From an uncultured Nitrososphaerota archaeon (GTDB lineage: Archaea > Thermoproteota > EX4484-205 > JAAOZP01): a stretch of DNA of 64,000 bases. This document shows positions 1 to 8,321 of this stretch, in pieces. The number at the start of each line of letters is the position of its first letter. Position 1 is the first letter of the stretch. Location of the stretch: contig CAYQCW010000002.1 in the NCBI GenBank assembly GCA_964416155.1, positions 140,748 through 204,747 on the forward strand, given 5' to 3'. Below the pieces are notes generated by a model. It was given only the letters and a program-made list of their open reading frames with translations, did not search any database and was not told the DNA's origin. The position numbers and the translations under genes were made by a program.

Positions 1-763
1 CTATTTTCTGCCTCTCCCCGAGAGTAGTTCCAAGAAGCGCGATTACAGCCTCGTATGTCAACTGCTCAGGACTTAGTTGAAGCTCCCTCTGCTCAGCAGT
101 CACTCCGCCTACTTTTGGAGCGCCAGGAGGACAGTAGACAATGATGTTGAAGTCGCCATGCCTACCGTTTTTAACCAGCCTATCCATCATCACGTAGTCC
201 GCATGAATATCTATGACGACTACTGGGAAAGGCGTGTTCACAAGAACCTCCTCGATCAACCTGCCGGCGAAATATGATTTCCCCGCTCTAGTAGCTGCGA
301 AAACGCCTAAATGGAATTGAAGGTCCTGAAGGTGTATAGGAACCTTAACCATGGGCCTGTTGAGGAGCATCGCTACGTACACGGGTATCCTTCTCTTTAC
401 CCCTGAGAAGAATGTTTGAAGAAGCTCGTCGTCAGCCCTGTAGACAGGTGTGTTAGGGTCTGGAGCAACCTTCGGCCTCATGATCCGCCCATCCTTAAGA
501 AACCCCACTACCTCTGTTGAAACCAGCCTGTATGAATACGGTGACACCTGTTGCTCAGCGGCCAGCCTCTCCGTCGCAAGAGGGTTTTTAGAAGCCAGGC
601 CAACGATCTCTGCTAAAACCCTAACCTTCTCCAGCCTCCCATCGTCAAAATTATTCACCTCAATGAAAACATAGTCGTGGAGAGCTACTGGATTATCTAT
701 ACCTGTTTTAAAAACGAAACCGTACGGGGTGGACTCCTCTATCACTCTTCCAAGCGGCTCCAT
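1..763 (-). CDS. herA: HerA-type helicase/ATPase (HAS-barrel + P-loop), 3'-truncated by window edge
   Basis: Not in ORF track. Manual translation from ATG at 763 (TGATG overlap with nurA stop): MEPLGRVIEESTPYGFVFK...HLGVFAATRAGKSYFAGRLIEE...PVVVIDIHADY. Shows Walker A and the HerA-type hhhhD-x-H-x-[DE]Y motif; frame stays open to position 1. Confidence 0.88.
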   Translation of the reverse strand, partial: MEPLGRVIEESTPYGFVFKTGIDNPVALHDYVFIEVNNFDDGRLEKVRVLAEIVGLASKNPLATERLAAEQQVSPYSYRLVSTEVVGFLKDGRIMRPKVAPDPNTPVYRADDELLQTFFSGVKRRIPVYVAMLLNRPMVKVPIHLQDLQFHLGVFAATRAGKSYFAGRLIEEVLVNTPFPVVVIDIHADYVMMDRLVKNGRHGDFNIIVYCPPGAPKVGGVTAEQRELQLSPEQLTYEAVIALLGTTLGERQKI

Positions 764-2040
764 CAGTATCCCCTCAACACAGCATCCCTAAGGCTTCTCC
801 TCCTAGGGCTTGCTTTAAAACCTCTCCTACTCAACTCTTCGACAACAACCGGCTCGTAAGCATCCTTGTAGATGCTCCTACTAAGCCTAGCAATAGAGTC
901 TACTTCAGCAAGCGGGTGCACAACATGAGGCTCGTGTTGCAGCCTGTTTAACACGCAGAATATCTTTTTTGCCTTTTCAACACCCGAATCGTCCATGAAA
1001 AAGTCTCCAGAAAGGCTTCCACCGGCGCCACTGTATCCTAGAATGCTTGAAGGCACGTCGACCCTGTACACCTTGGAGCCCATACCCGGCATCCAGTATG
1101 TTAACGCTACCGGAGGATTTGAAAAATAGTCGTCAAGCGCCCCGAGAACCCCTTTTAATTCCTCATCCCGCTTTAGACGCGCCCTGAACCCTGAGTCCCA
1201 CCAGCTGGTTGACTTAGCCTCCCCGGTTAGGAAAATCGTCTGCGGCGCTAGAAGAAGCGGCTTCGTGAACCCTGGGCTGGGAGCTATCTGGCTATAAACC
1301 CCTTCATCTGAAAAATCCTGCTCCAACTCTTCAAAACAGGTTTTCAAAATTGAGTCTGGAGGCAATCCCTTAATCTTCTCGCCTAAAACCTCTCTAATCC
1401 TCCTTAGGCTTCTCCCCCTTGCTTCAGCAGCAAGCTCAGAGTCTAGGCTGTGCAGAATATCAATCATTATCTTAGCCCTGAGATAACTAATGTCACTGTC
1501 CTTCGAAATACCTATGGCCATCCTCCCATCGTCAACAAGCTTCAGGAGAAGGGTCAGCTCCCTAACGTAATTCTCAAAAACCCTTGAAAAAACCCTTAAA
1601 CGGTCCCTGTGATGTAGAAAAGTCAGGTAGAGGTTTCCGTCGAAAATACCGAGAACCCTCCCATGCAGCCGGGAAGCCTTTTCTAAAGCCCGCCTCAGCG
1701 TCCTAAGCTCCAGGGCCCTTAGAAACAGCCCTCTGCCTTGAAGCCTATAGCCCGCTTCCACCTCAGCCTCCAGCAGGCTTATCGGCTCGCCCCCCCTCGA
1801 GTAAATATGTGCCACGGATCTAGCAACCCAGATAACCAGGCCTCCGGAGAAGCTGGATTCGCTGATGCTCCCATCGCAAGCAGCCACGGCTCCATCAGGC
1901 TCACAGGTTTCATCATAGGGGCACCATTTCGAAAGATAGGAAGCCTTGAAAGGCGACGAGTTGAAGCTTAGCAGGCTCAGCCTGCTTATTGATTCACGCA
2001 ACCCGCTTAGGAACATCTGGAAGAACTGCTCCTCAGCCAT
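763..2040 (-). CDS. nurA: NurA-family 5'-3' nuclease
   Basis: Motifs AACDGS, GIFDGNLY, IGISKDS and C-terminal HPLAEVD..ARL; directly upstream of and coupled to herA. Confidence 0.85.
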   Translation of the reverse strand: MAEEQFFQMFLSGLRESISRLSLLSFNSSPFKASYLSKWCPYDETCEPDGAVAACDGSISESSFSGGLVIWVARSVAHIYSRGGEPISLLEAEVEAGYRLQGRGLFLRALELRTLRRALEKASRLHGRVLGIFDGNLYLTFLHHRDRLRVFSRVFENYVRELTLLLKLVDDGRMAIGISKDSDISYLRAKIMIDILHSLDSELAAEARGRSLRRIREVLGEKIKGLPPDSILKTCFEELEQDFSDEGVYSQIAPSPGFTKPLLLAPQTIFLTGEAKSTSWWDSGFRARLKRDEELKGVLGALDDYFSNPPVALTYWMPGMGSKVYRVDVPSSILGYSGAGGSLSGDFFMDDSGVEKAKKIFCVLNRLQHEPHVVHPLAEVDSIARLSRSIYKDAYEPVVVEELSRRGFKASPRRRSLRDAVLRGY

Positions 2041-2114
2041 CCTGCTTGAAAAACAGTTTTAAGCCTTATTATTCTTTCTCACACTGTCCCCGACAGAAAG
2101 CTTTGAAAGAACCT

Positions 2115-4421
2115 TTATTTCACCTGAACGCTGCTGAAGAATACTGTTCTAAAGCCTATGGTTCTAGCTTCACCCGTAACCTTGAAACTGCCTCTAAGCC
2201 TTATGTCTTCGGAAGAACTGCCGATAAAGACTTCGAAGACACCTGGCTCAACCATCAGCCTCATGTGCTCATCGTAGAAGGCAAGCTGCTCAGTGGAAAG
2301 CGTGAACTCAACAGTCTTAGTCTCCCCAGGATCAAGACTCAGCCTTTTGAAACCCTTAAGCTCCATCACCGGCCTGGTGACACTTGACACCCGGTCCCTC
2401 ACGTAAAGCTGAACAACCTCGTCACCCCTCCGGTCGCCAGTATTCCTCAGCCTGAAACGTATCTTAACACTTCCCGTGGAACTGGTTTCCTGCGGCTCAA
2501 TCTCGAGGGAACCGTATTCGAAGACCGTGTAGCTTAAACCATGGCCGAAGGGGAATTCCGGCTTAGCATCCATGCCAACGTAATTCCTGAACGACGAAGG
2601 CTTCCTGTTATAGTCCAGCGGAATCTGGCCAGCGTTCTTCGGAAAAGACAGCGGAAGCCTCCCCCCGGGGTTATAGTATCCGAAGAGCACGTCTGCGACA
2701 GCGTTCCCCCCTTCTTCACCAGGGTACCATGCTTCAAGTATCGCTGAACACTTTTCAACCATCCAGCCGAGGGAAAGAGGCCTGCCGTTAACAAGCACCA
2801 GTATAACCGGCTTACCAGTTTTGCAGAGTTCCCTCATTAAGTCCTCCTGAACCCCGGGCAGCCCTAGGGAAAACCTGTCACACCCCTCGCCGGAGACACC
2901 TCTTTCAAACATTCCGGATTTTTCACCCATCACAGCTATAACGACGTCTGATTCCAGGGCTGTTTTAACAGCTTCACCGAATCCTTCTCTAGACTCCTCA
3001 GTGACGTCGCAGCCCTTAGCGTAATTTATCAATATTTTTCCAGGAGCCCTGTTTCTGACGCCCTCAAGAATGCTGACTGTCCTCACAGCACCCTCCTTGA
3101 AAACCTCCTCGTAGCCGGGTGGCTGGTTAGCCATATCCATGTGAGCCGTGAAACTGTAGTCGCCGTGTAGATTCCTCTTGCTGTCGGCATTCGGCCCTAT
3201 GACTGCTATCGACTTAACCGTCTCCCGGATTGGGAGAACCCCATTGTTTTTCAGGAGGACTATAGACTCCCTAGCAGCTCTTTGGGCGAGAGCCCTATCC
3301 TCATCCCTGTCAAACTGGCTTTTAGCCTCCTCCGGGTTGACATAAGGGTTTTCGAACAAGCCTAGTAGAAACTTGGCTCTTAAAACCCTTGAGACAGCCA
3401 GGTCGACAACACCCTCGGAAACCCTGCCCTCTCTAACAGCCTCCAGAAGGGGCGCCCCGTAGCAGTCTACATGGGGAAGCTCGACATCTATCCCTGCTTG
3501 AATCGCCTGGACTGCAGCATCCTTAGCGTCTATAGCAGTATTGTGAAAGTTTTCAAGCATCCTAATGGCGAAATAGTCTGAAACCACAAGCCCTTGGAAG
3601 CCCCATTCGCCCCTAAGGATATCTGTGAGGAGGGTTCTCGAGCAGGCGCAGGGAACCCCGTCTATCTCATGGTAAGCATTCATCACTGAGAAGACGCCTG
3701 CAACCTTAACAGCGGCCTCGAAAGGAAAAAGGAAAACCTCCCTTAGCTCCCTAGGAGTTGCATGAACCGGGGCACAGTTCCTCCCGCCTTCTGGAAAACC
3801 GTGGGCTGCGAAATGCTTAACGGTCGCTATCACGCCGTTTCTCAAATCCTCTCCTTGAAGACCCTTGACGTAAGCAACCCCCATGCTTGCAACCAGGTAT
3901 GGATCCTCGCCGTAAGTCTCCTCCGTCCTGCCCCACCTCGGGTCTCTGAGAACATCCAGAACAGGTGCAAGACCCTGGTGGGCTCCTGATGCTCTAACCT
4001 GCCTCCTTATGACTGAGGCAACTTTTTCAACAAGCTCAGGATTCCAAGTGCTTGCTAAGCCTATTGCCTGAGGGAACACTGTAGCCCCCATTGCCAAGAA
4101 GCCTGTTAAACACTCTTCGTGAACAATAGCAGGTATGTGAAGCCTAGTCTTCTCAACGAGAAGCCTCTGAATCTCGTTAGCCATTCTAGCACCCTCTCCA
4201 GGATTAACCCCTAGGGCTCCTGATAAACGGGTCAACTCCCCTATGCCTGTTTTAAGAAGATCCTCAAGCTTTTCCCGTGGAATAGCAGTCATTCCGAAAA
4301 TCCTTGGCCAGACCGACTGGAGTTGAGCAAGCTTCTCCTCCAGCGTCATTCTTTTCAAAAGATCCTTAACCCTGAGCTCAACAGGGGCTGAAGGGTCAAG
4401 GTAAACAGGCTTATCCTCCAT
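2115..4421 (-). CDS. GH3 beta-glucosidase/beta-xylosidase (BglX-like, cytoplasmic)
   Basis: RDPRWGRTEETYGEDP, VKHFAAHG, nucleophile region LVVSDY, C-terminal Fn3-like domain (EVVQLYVRD..SVTRPVMELKGF); no signal peptide. Confidence 0.95.
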   Translation of the reverse strand: MEDKPVYLDPSAPVELRVKDLLKRMTLEEKLAQLQSVWPRIFGMTAIPREKLEDLLKTGIGELTRLSGALGVNPGEGARMANEIQRLLVEKTRLHIPAIVHEECLTGFLAMGATVFPQAIGLASTWNPELVEKVASVIRRQVRASGAHQGLAPVLDVLRDPRWGRTEETYGEDPYLVASMGVAYVKGLQGEDLRNGVIATVKHFAAHGFPEGGRNCAPVHATPRELREVFLFPFEAAVKVAGVFSVMNAYHEIDGVPCACSRTLLTDILRGEWGFQGLVVSDYFAIRMLENFHNTAIDAKDAAVQAIQAGIDVELPHVDCYGAPLLEAVREGRVSEGVVDLAVSRVLRAKFLLGLFENPYVNPEEAKSQFDRDEDRALAQRAARESIVLLKNNGVLPIRETVKSIAVIGPNADSKRNLHGDYSFTAHMDMANQPPGYEEVFKEGAVRTVSILEGVRNRAPGKILINYAKGCDVTEESREGFGEAVKTALESDVVIAVMGEKSGMFERGVSGEGCDRFSLGLPGVQEDLMRELCKTGKPVILVLVNGRPLSLGWMVEKCSAILEAWYPGEEGGNAVADVLFGYYNPGGRLPLSFPKNAGQIPLDYNRKPSSFRNYVGMDAKPEFPFGHGLSYTVFEYGSLEIEPQETSSTGSVKIRFRLRNTGDRRGDEVVQLYVRDRVSSVTRPVMELKGFKRLSLDPGETKTVEFTLSTEQLAFYDEHMRLMVEPGVFEVFIGSSSEDIRLRGSFKVTGEARTIGFRTVFFSSVQVK

Positions 4422-4558
4422 CTTTACTTACCAATCATGCCATTATTCTCCAATATTTATGTTTTCAAACCATCTACATGGCACGCGCTTAGGGGTCAAA
4501 AGGGTTGTCCGCTTTAGAATGTTAAAATTAAAATTATTTAAGGCGGAAAAAGCGACTA

Positions 4559-4978
4559 TTGGATGGAGTGACAGTGGCTAGAAAGTTGAAAGTCCTGGAT
4601 ATTGATAAATGTGTGGGATGCCAGTTATGCATGTTTGCATGCTCAAGAAGGTTCGGCGAAGGAGGGTTCGCCAAGTCAGCAATAAGAGTAAAGTCGATCG
4701 GAGGAGTGGAGAGGGGTTTCACAGTCATCGTGTGCAGGGCCTGCCAAGACCCGCCGTGCATGAAGGTTTGCGTGACGAACGCACTATCCTTAAGGAAGGG
4801 CGGCGGGGTTACGCTTAACCCTTCGAAATGCATAGGATGCGGAAGATGTGTTGACGCATGCCCGCTTAAAGCAGTCTTCTGGGACAATGAGGCGAATAAG
4901 CCTAACATATGCGTCCACTGCGGCTACTGCACCAATTACTGTCCCTACAGGGTAATAGGGTTGAAGGAGGCTGAGTAG
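4559..4978 (+). CDS. Poly-ferredoxin / 4Fe-4S subunit (DmsB/HycB-like), partner of AOR
   Basis: Cys motifs CVGCQLCMFAC, CRACQDPPC, CIGCGRCVDACP, CVHCGYCTNYCP; 1 bp upstream of the AOR gene. Confidence 0.92.
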   Translation: MDGVTVARKLKVLDIDKCVGCQLCMFACSRRFGEGGFAKSAIRVKSIGGVERGFTVIVCRACQDPPCMKVCVTNALSLRKGGGVTLNPSKCIGCGRCVDACPLKAVFWDNEANKPNICVHCGYCTNYCPYRVIGLKEAE

Positions 4979-4979
4979 A

Positions 4980-6731
4980 ATGACGCTGGATAAAATCCTT
5001 TACATAGACCTTTCAAAGAGGAGATTCCACGTTAGAAGCAGACCAGAACTGTTTGAGAAACACATAGGTGGAACAGGCGTCGCCATAAGGCTTCTGATGG
5101 AGGAGTGTCCAGAGAAGGCAGACCCGTTTGGCCCTGAGAACCCAATCATACTCGCAGTCGGCCCCCTGACAAGCCTCTTCCCAATGGCTTCTAAAACAGT
5201 CGCCATGTTCAAGTCTCCTTTAACCGGCAACCTTGGCGAGAGCCATGCTGGTGGAAGAAGCGCCGCTGCGATCAGAATGGCAGGGTATGGGGCGATAGTG
5301 GTTAAGGGGGCTAGTGAAACCCCTGTTTACCTCGCCGTCTACGGTGGCGACGTGTTTTTCAGAGATGCTTCCGGAATATGGGGGATTGAAAGCAGCTACA
5401 CCGTGGGAAGGATAGTTAGGGAACTGGAGTCTGAAGCAGGGTTAAGGACAATCATGAGAATAGGCAGGGCAGGTGAGAAAATGGTTTCATACGCGAGCGT
5501 GGTTGTAGAAACCTACCGTCACTTCGGCAGGCTTGGCCTCGGAGCAGTCTTCGGCAGCAAGAAGCTTAAGGCGATAATGATATCTGGAAAACACTCGGTG
5601 AAGGTTAAAAACCCTCGGGAATACAGGATCCTTTACGACAAGATTCTTCAGCTGATCGTTAAATCACAGCTGATGAAGAAGTACCACGATATTGGAACAT
5701 CCTCCAACGTTATCCCCCTGAACGAGCTTAAAGCGCTTCCCTCGTTAAACCTTCAGCAGACAAGCCTGAAGAATGCTGAAAACATCTCAGGCGAGAATCT
5801 TGCTGAGAAACACTTGGGCAGGAGGGTCTCCTGCTCCCATTGCCCAGTGGCCTGCATACATTTGGCAGCGCTCAGGGAGCCTTACGAGGATGAGCCTTAT
5901 TTCTACAAGACAACCATGGTTCCTTATGATTACGAGCCCATATACTCTTTGGGCTCCATGCTGGGATTAACCGAGACTGATAGGCTGTTAAAGCTTATTG
6001 ACGAGGTTGAGACTCAGGGGCTTGACGCGATAAGCACGGGTGTCGTGTTAGCTTGGGCTACTGAAGCCTATGAGAAAAGCCTTGTCACAAGCGTGGAGAC
6101 AATGGGGCTGGAGCTTAAATGGGGCGATGGGGAAGCCTACCGGGAGGCTGTGAGGAGGATCGTGTCCCAGCCGAACGAGTTCTACTCAACCTTGGCGAAG
6201 GGTGTTGAGAAGGCTGGGTTGAAACACGGGGGAATAGGTTTTGCACTGTCCCTCGGGGGTAACGAGATGCCGGGCTACCATACTGGGCCGGCTGCACACC
6301 TTACTTTTCTAACCGGTGCTAGGCATAGTCATCTGGATAGTGCGGGATACAGCATGGATGAGGATAATGCTAAGACGGGAATCAGGATGACGCCGAGGCA
6401 GATTGCCGAGTCACTGTTTAAAGAGGAGTCTTGGCGTCAAGTCTTATCCAGCCTAGTCGTATGCTTCTTCGCAAGGGGGGTCTACAAGCCTGAAATCGTG
6501 CTCGAATCCCTGAAGACCGTAGGGTTTAATCCCGATATCTCTCTTGAAGACTTGAGCAGAATAGGGGTTGAAACTCTTAAGAGTAAAAACGCGTTTAAAG
6601 CTAGAGAGGGTTTCAGCCATAGATATTTGAGGATACCGAGGAGAATAATTGAAACGGAAACACCACTCGGGACTTTGGATGAAGAATTTATTTGGGAAGG
6701 GATAGAAGAGTTCTTCAGGTTGCTGCAGTAA
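4980..6731 (+). CDS. aor: Aldehyde:ferredoxin oxidoreductase family (W/Mo-pterin)
   Basis: KSPLTG..GESHAGG, GRLGLGAVFGSKKLKAI, CSHCPVAC, GLDAIS, VVCFF motifs of the AOR family. Confidence 0.92.
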   Translation: MTLDKILYIDLSKRRFHVRSRPELFEKHIGGTGVAIRLLMEECPEKADPFGPENPIILAVGPLTSLFPMASKTVAMFKSPLTGNLGESHAGGRSAAAIRMAGYGAIVVKGASETPVYLAVYGGDVFFRDASGIWGIESSYTVGRIVRELESEAGLRTIMRIGRAGEKMVSYASVVVETYRHFGRLGLGAVFGSKKLKAIMISGKHSVKVKNPREYRILYDKILQLIVKSQLMKKYHDIGTSSNVIPLNELKALPSLNLQQTSLKNAENISGENLAEKHLGRRVSCSHCPVACIHLAALREPYEDEPYFYKTTMVPYDYEPIYSLGSMLGLTETDRLLKLIDEVETQGLDAISTGVVLAWATEAYEKSLVTSVETMGLELKWGDGEAYREAVRRIVSQPNEFYSTLAKGVEKAGLKHGGIGFALSLGGNEMPGYHTGPAAHLTFLTGARHSHLDSAGYSMDEDNAKTGIRMTPRQIAESLFKEESWRQVLSSLVVCFFARGVYKPEIVLESLKTVGFNPDISLEDLSRIGVETLKSKNAFKAREGFSHRYLRIPRRIIETETPLGTLDEEFIWEGIEEFFRLLQ

Positions 6732-6787
6732 ATTTTTCCGGAAAAAGAACACCGAGCTTTTGAACAGGAAGATTATGTAGTGCACTA

Positions 6788-8230
6788 CTATTGTGCGCCT
6801 TTCTCAACTGTCAACTCTGCGTGAATAAGCTCAGCTTTAAGATTAACCGTCGTAACCCTGGTAACCAGAATCACCCAGGGCTCATCCTCAATGTTGACAA
6901 GGCCGAAGTTACTGTTCTCCCCGTCAAACCTCCCCTGCGCAGGCTGATCAGAATACTGGAACCAGTGGTAGCCAACCACGTAGGGCTCGGATAAGATTTT
7001 TCTGACATAGTTTTCGAAGCGCTCAGCCCTATCCACTTGAGTCGCCAAAGGTGTTCCAGCACCCCTAGTGTTAGGCAAGCCTGAGTCCCTCGCCTTAAAC
7101 GAGAACTCGGTAATCATCACTGGAAGACCTGTAAGACGGTTTATAGCCCTCAAGTCCTCCAAGGGGGGCTCCCACCCGTAGTTGTTGACTGAAACAACAT
7201 CCACGTATCCGACGCACCCTTTCAAAACCTCGTCTGGCGGCCTGAAAGCAAACCTGCATCCAAGGATGAGGTGGTTGGGATCATGCTTTCTTATAGCGTC
7301 GTGGCAAACCTTGAAATACCTTTTCGAAACAAGCTCCAGGAAGCCCAGCCTGTCAGAATCCAAGGAGGCCCTGTCAGGAGGCTCGTAGATGTTCAGAATA
7401 TCCTCGAAGGAGCTGAAGCTTGTCCCCCATTTAGCGTTAAGCTCGCTTATACTCCCATACTTCTCCCATAAATACTGGATAAGCACCCTTTTACCCGGAG
7501 CATCCTTTTCAAGAGCAAGATAGTCATCGAAAAGATGCTTGGAAGACCTCCAGTCTGGCCCCCACCTCAGCTCGTTGTCAGTGAAATAACCCAGGAGCCA
7601 CGGGTCATCCCTCCTAGGGGCGCACATCTTCTCAGCAACCTCTTCAGCCACTTTCTCAAACCGCTCTGAAAAATAGTCTACAACGCTTCCCCTCAACCAT
7701 TCTGAGCCGGCTGACGCGGCAACGTCGAGTATTACAGTGTACGGGATTTCAAGCTCGAAGAGCTCTCTGCTTGACCAGGCGCCGATCGTGTTGAAACCGT
7801 AGCTGCGCAGCCTTTCCACAGTGGCTTTCGCCCAAGGCTCGACGCCCCCATACTTTTTCAGAACAGCCTTGTTGTACGGACTGTAGCCCAGTGAAGGAGA
7901 ATAGTCCGCGTCGAAGCTAACGTGATTCACCCCTTTAGATATGAAGCAGTTTCCCTCAGGATCTATAAGCCACCAGGTACCATTAATCTTCTCAACGTGG
8001 AAGAAGCCTGTAGCCGCACCTTTAACGCGCAACGCCCCACCGTAAGCATCATAGGATAGGCTTGATATAAGGCTTGCCAAGTTTTTGAAGCTTTCACCGT
8101 ATTCGGCGAGCTGACGGTTAAGCTCCCTAGCCGACTGCAAGCAGGCGGACAAGTTGTAGGATAGAAACACTAGTATTACCAGCATTATTACGAGAAGCGA
8201 GCACAGTATCTTAAAACTCGGCTTCATCAA
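6788..8230 (-). CDS. Membrane-anchored GH50-like (beta-agarase-like, clan GH-A) glycoside hydrolase
   Basis: TGFFHVEKINGTWWLIDPEG, GFNTIGAWS, LGYFTDNELRW (acid/base), DPNHLILGCRF, PVMITEFSF (nucleophile), HWFQYSDQP..GRFDGENSNFGLV; N-terminal TM helix followed by a short coiled coil. Confidence 0.85.
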   Translation of the reverse strand: MMKPSFKILCSLLVIMLVILVFLSYNLSACLQSARELNRQLAEYGESFKNLASLISSLSYDAYGGALRVKGAATGFFHVEKINGTWWLIDPEGNCFISKGVNHVSFDADYSPSLGYSPYNKAVLKKYGGVEPWAKATVERLRSYGFNTIGAWSSRELFELEIPYTVILDVAASAGSEWLRGSVVDYFSERFEKVAEEVAEKMCAPRRDDPWLLGYFTDNELRWGPDWRSSKHLFDDYLALEKDAPGKRVLIQYLWEKYGSISELNAKWGTSFSSFEDILNIYEPPDRASLDSDRLGFLELVSKRYFKVCHDAIRKHDPNHLILGCRFAFRPPDEVLKGCVGYVDVVSVNNYGWEPPLEDLRAINRLTGLPVMITEFSFKARDSGLPNTRGAGTPLATQVDRAERFENYVRKILSEPYVVGYHWFQYSDQPAQGRFDGENSNFGLVNIEDEPWVILVTRVTTVNLKAELIHAELTVEKGAQ

Positions 8231-8321
8231 CTGGATTTACGCATCCATTTTTAAAAGCTTTGCGTCAGTTTGAAACCAATTAGGATAGAAAATGATTATG
8301 AAAAAGATGAAAAAATGGTTT

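Noticed and set aside
77-859. Plus-strand ORFs 77-277, 450-674 and 677-859
   Set aside because: Antisense shadows of the herA/nurA genes; herA was missed by the track because it runs off the window edge.
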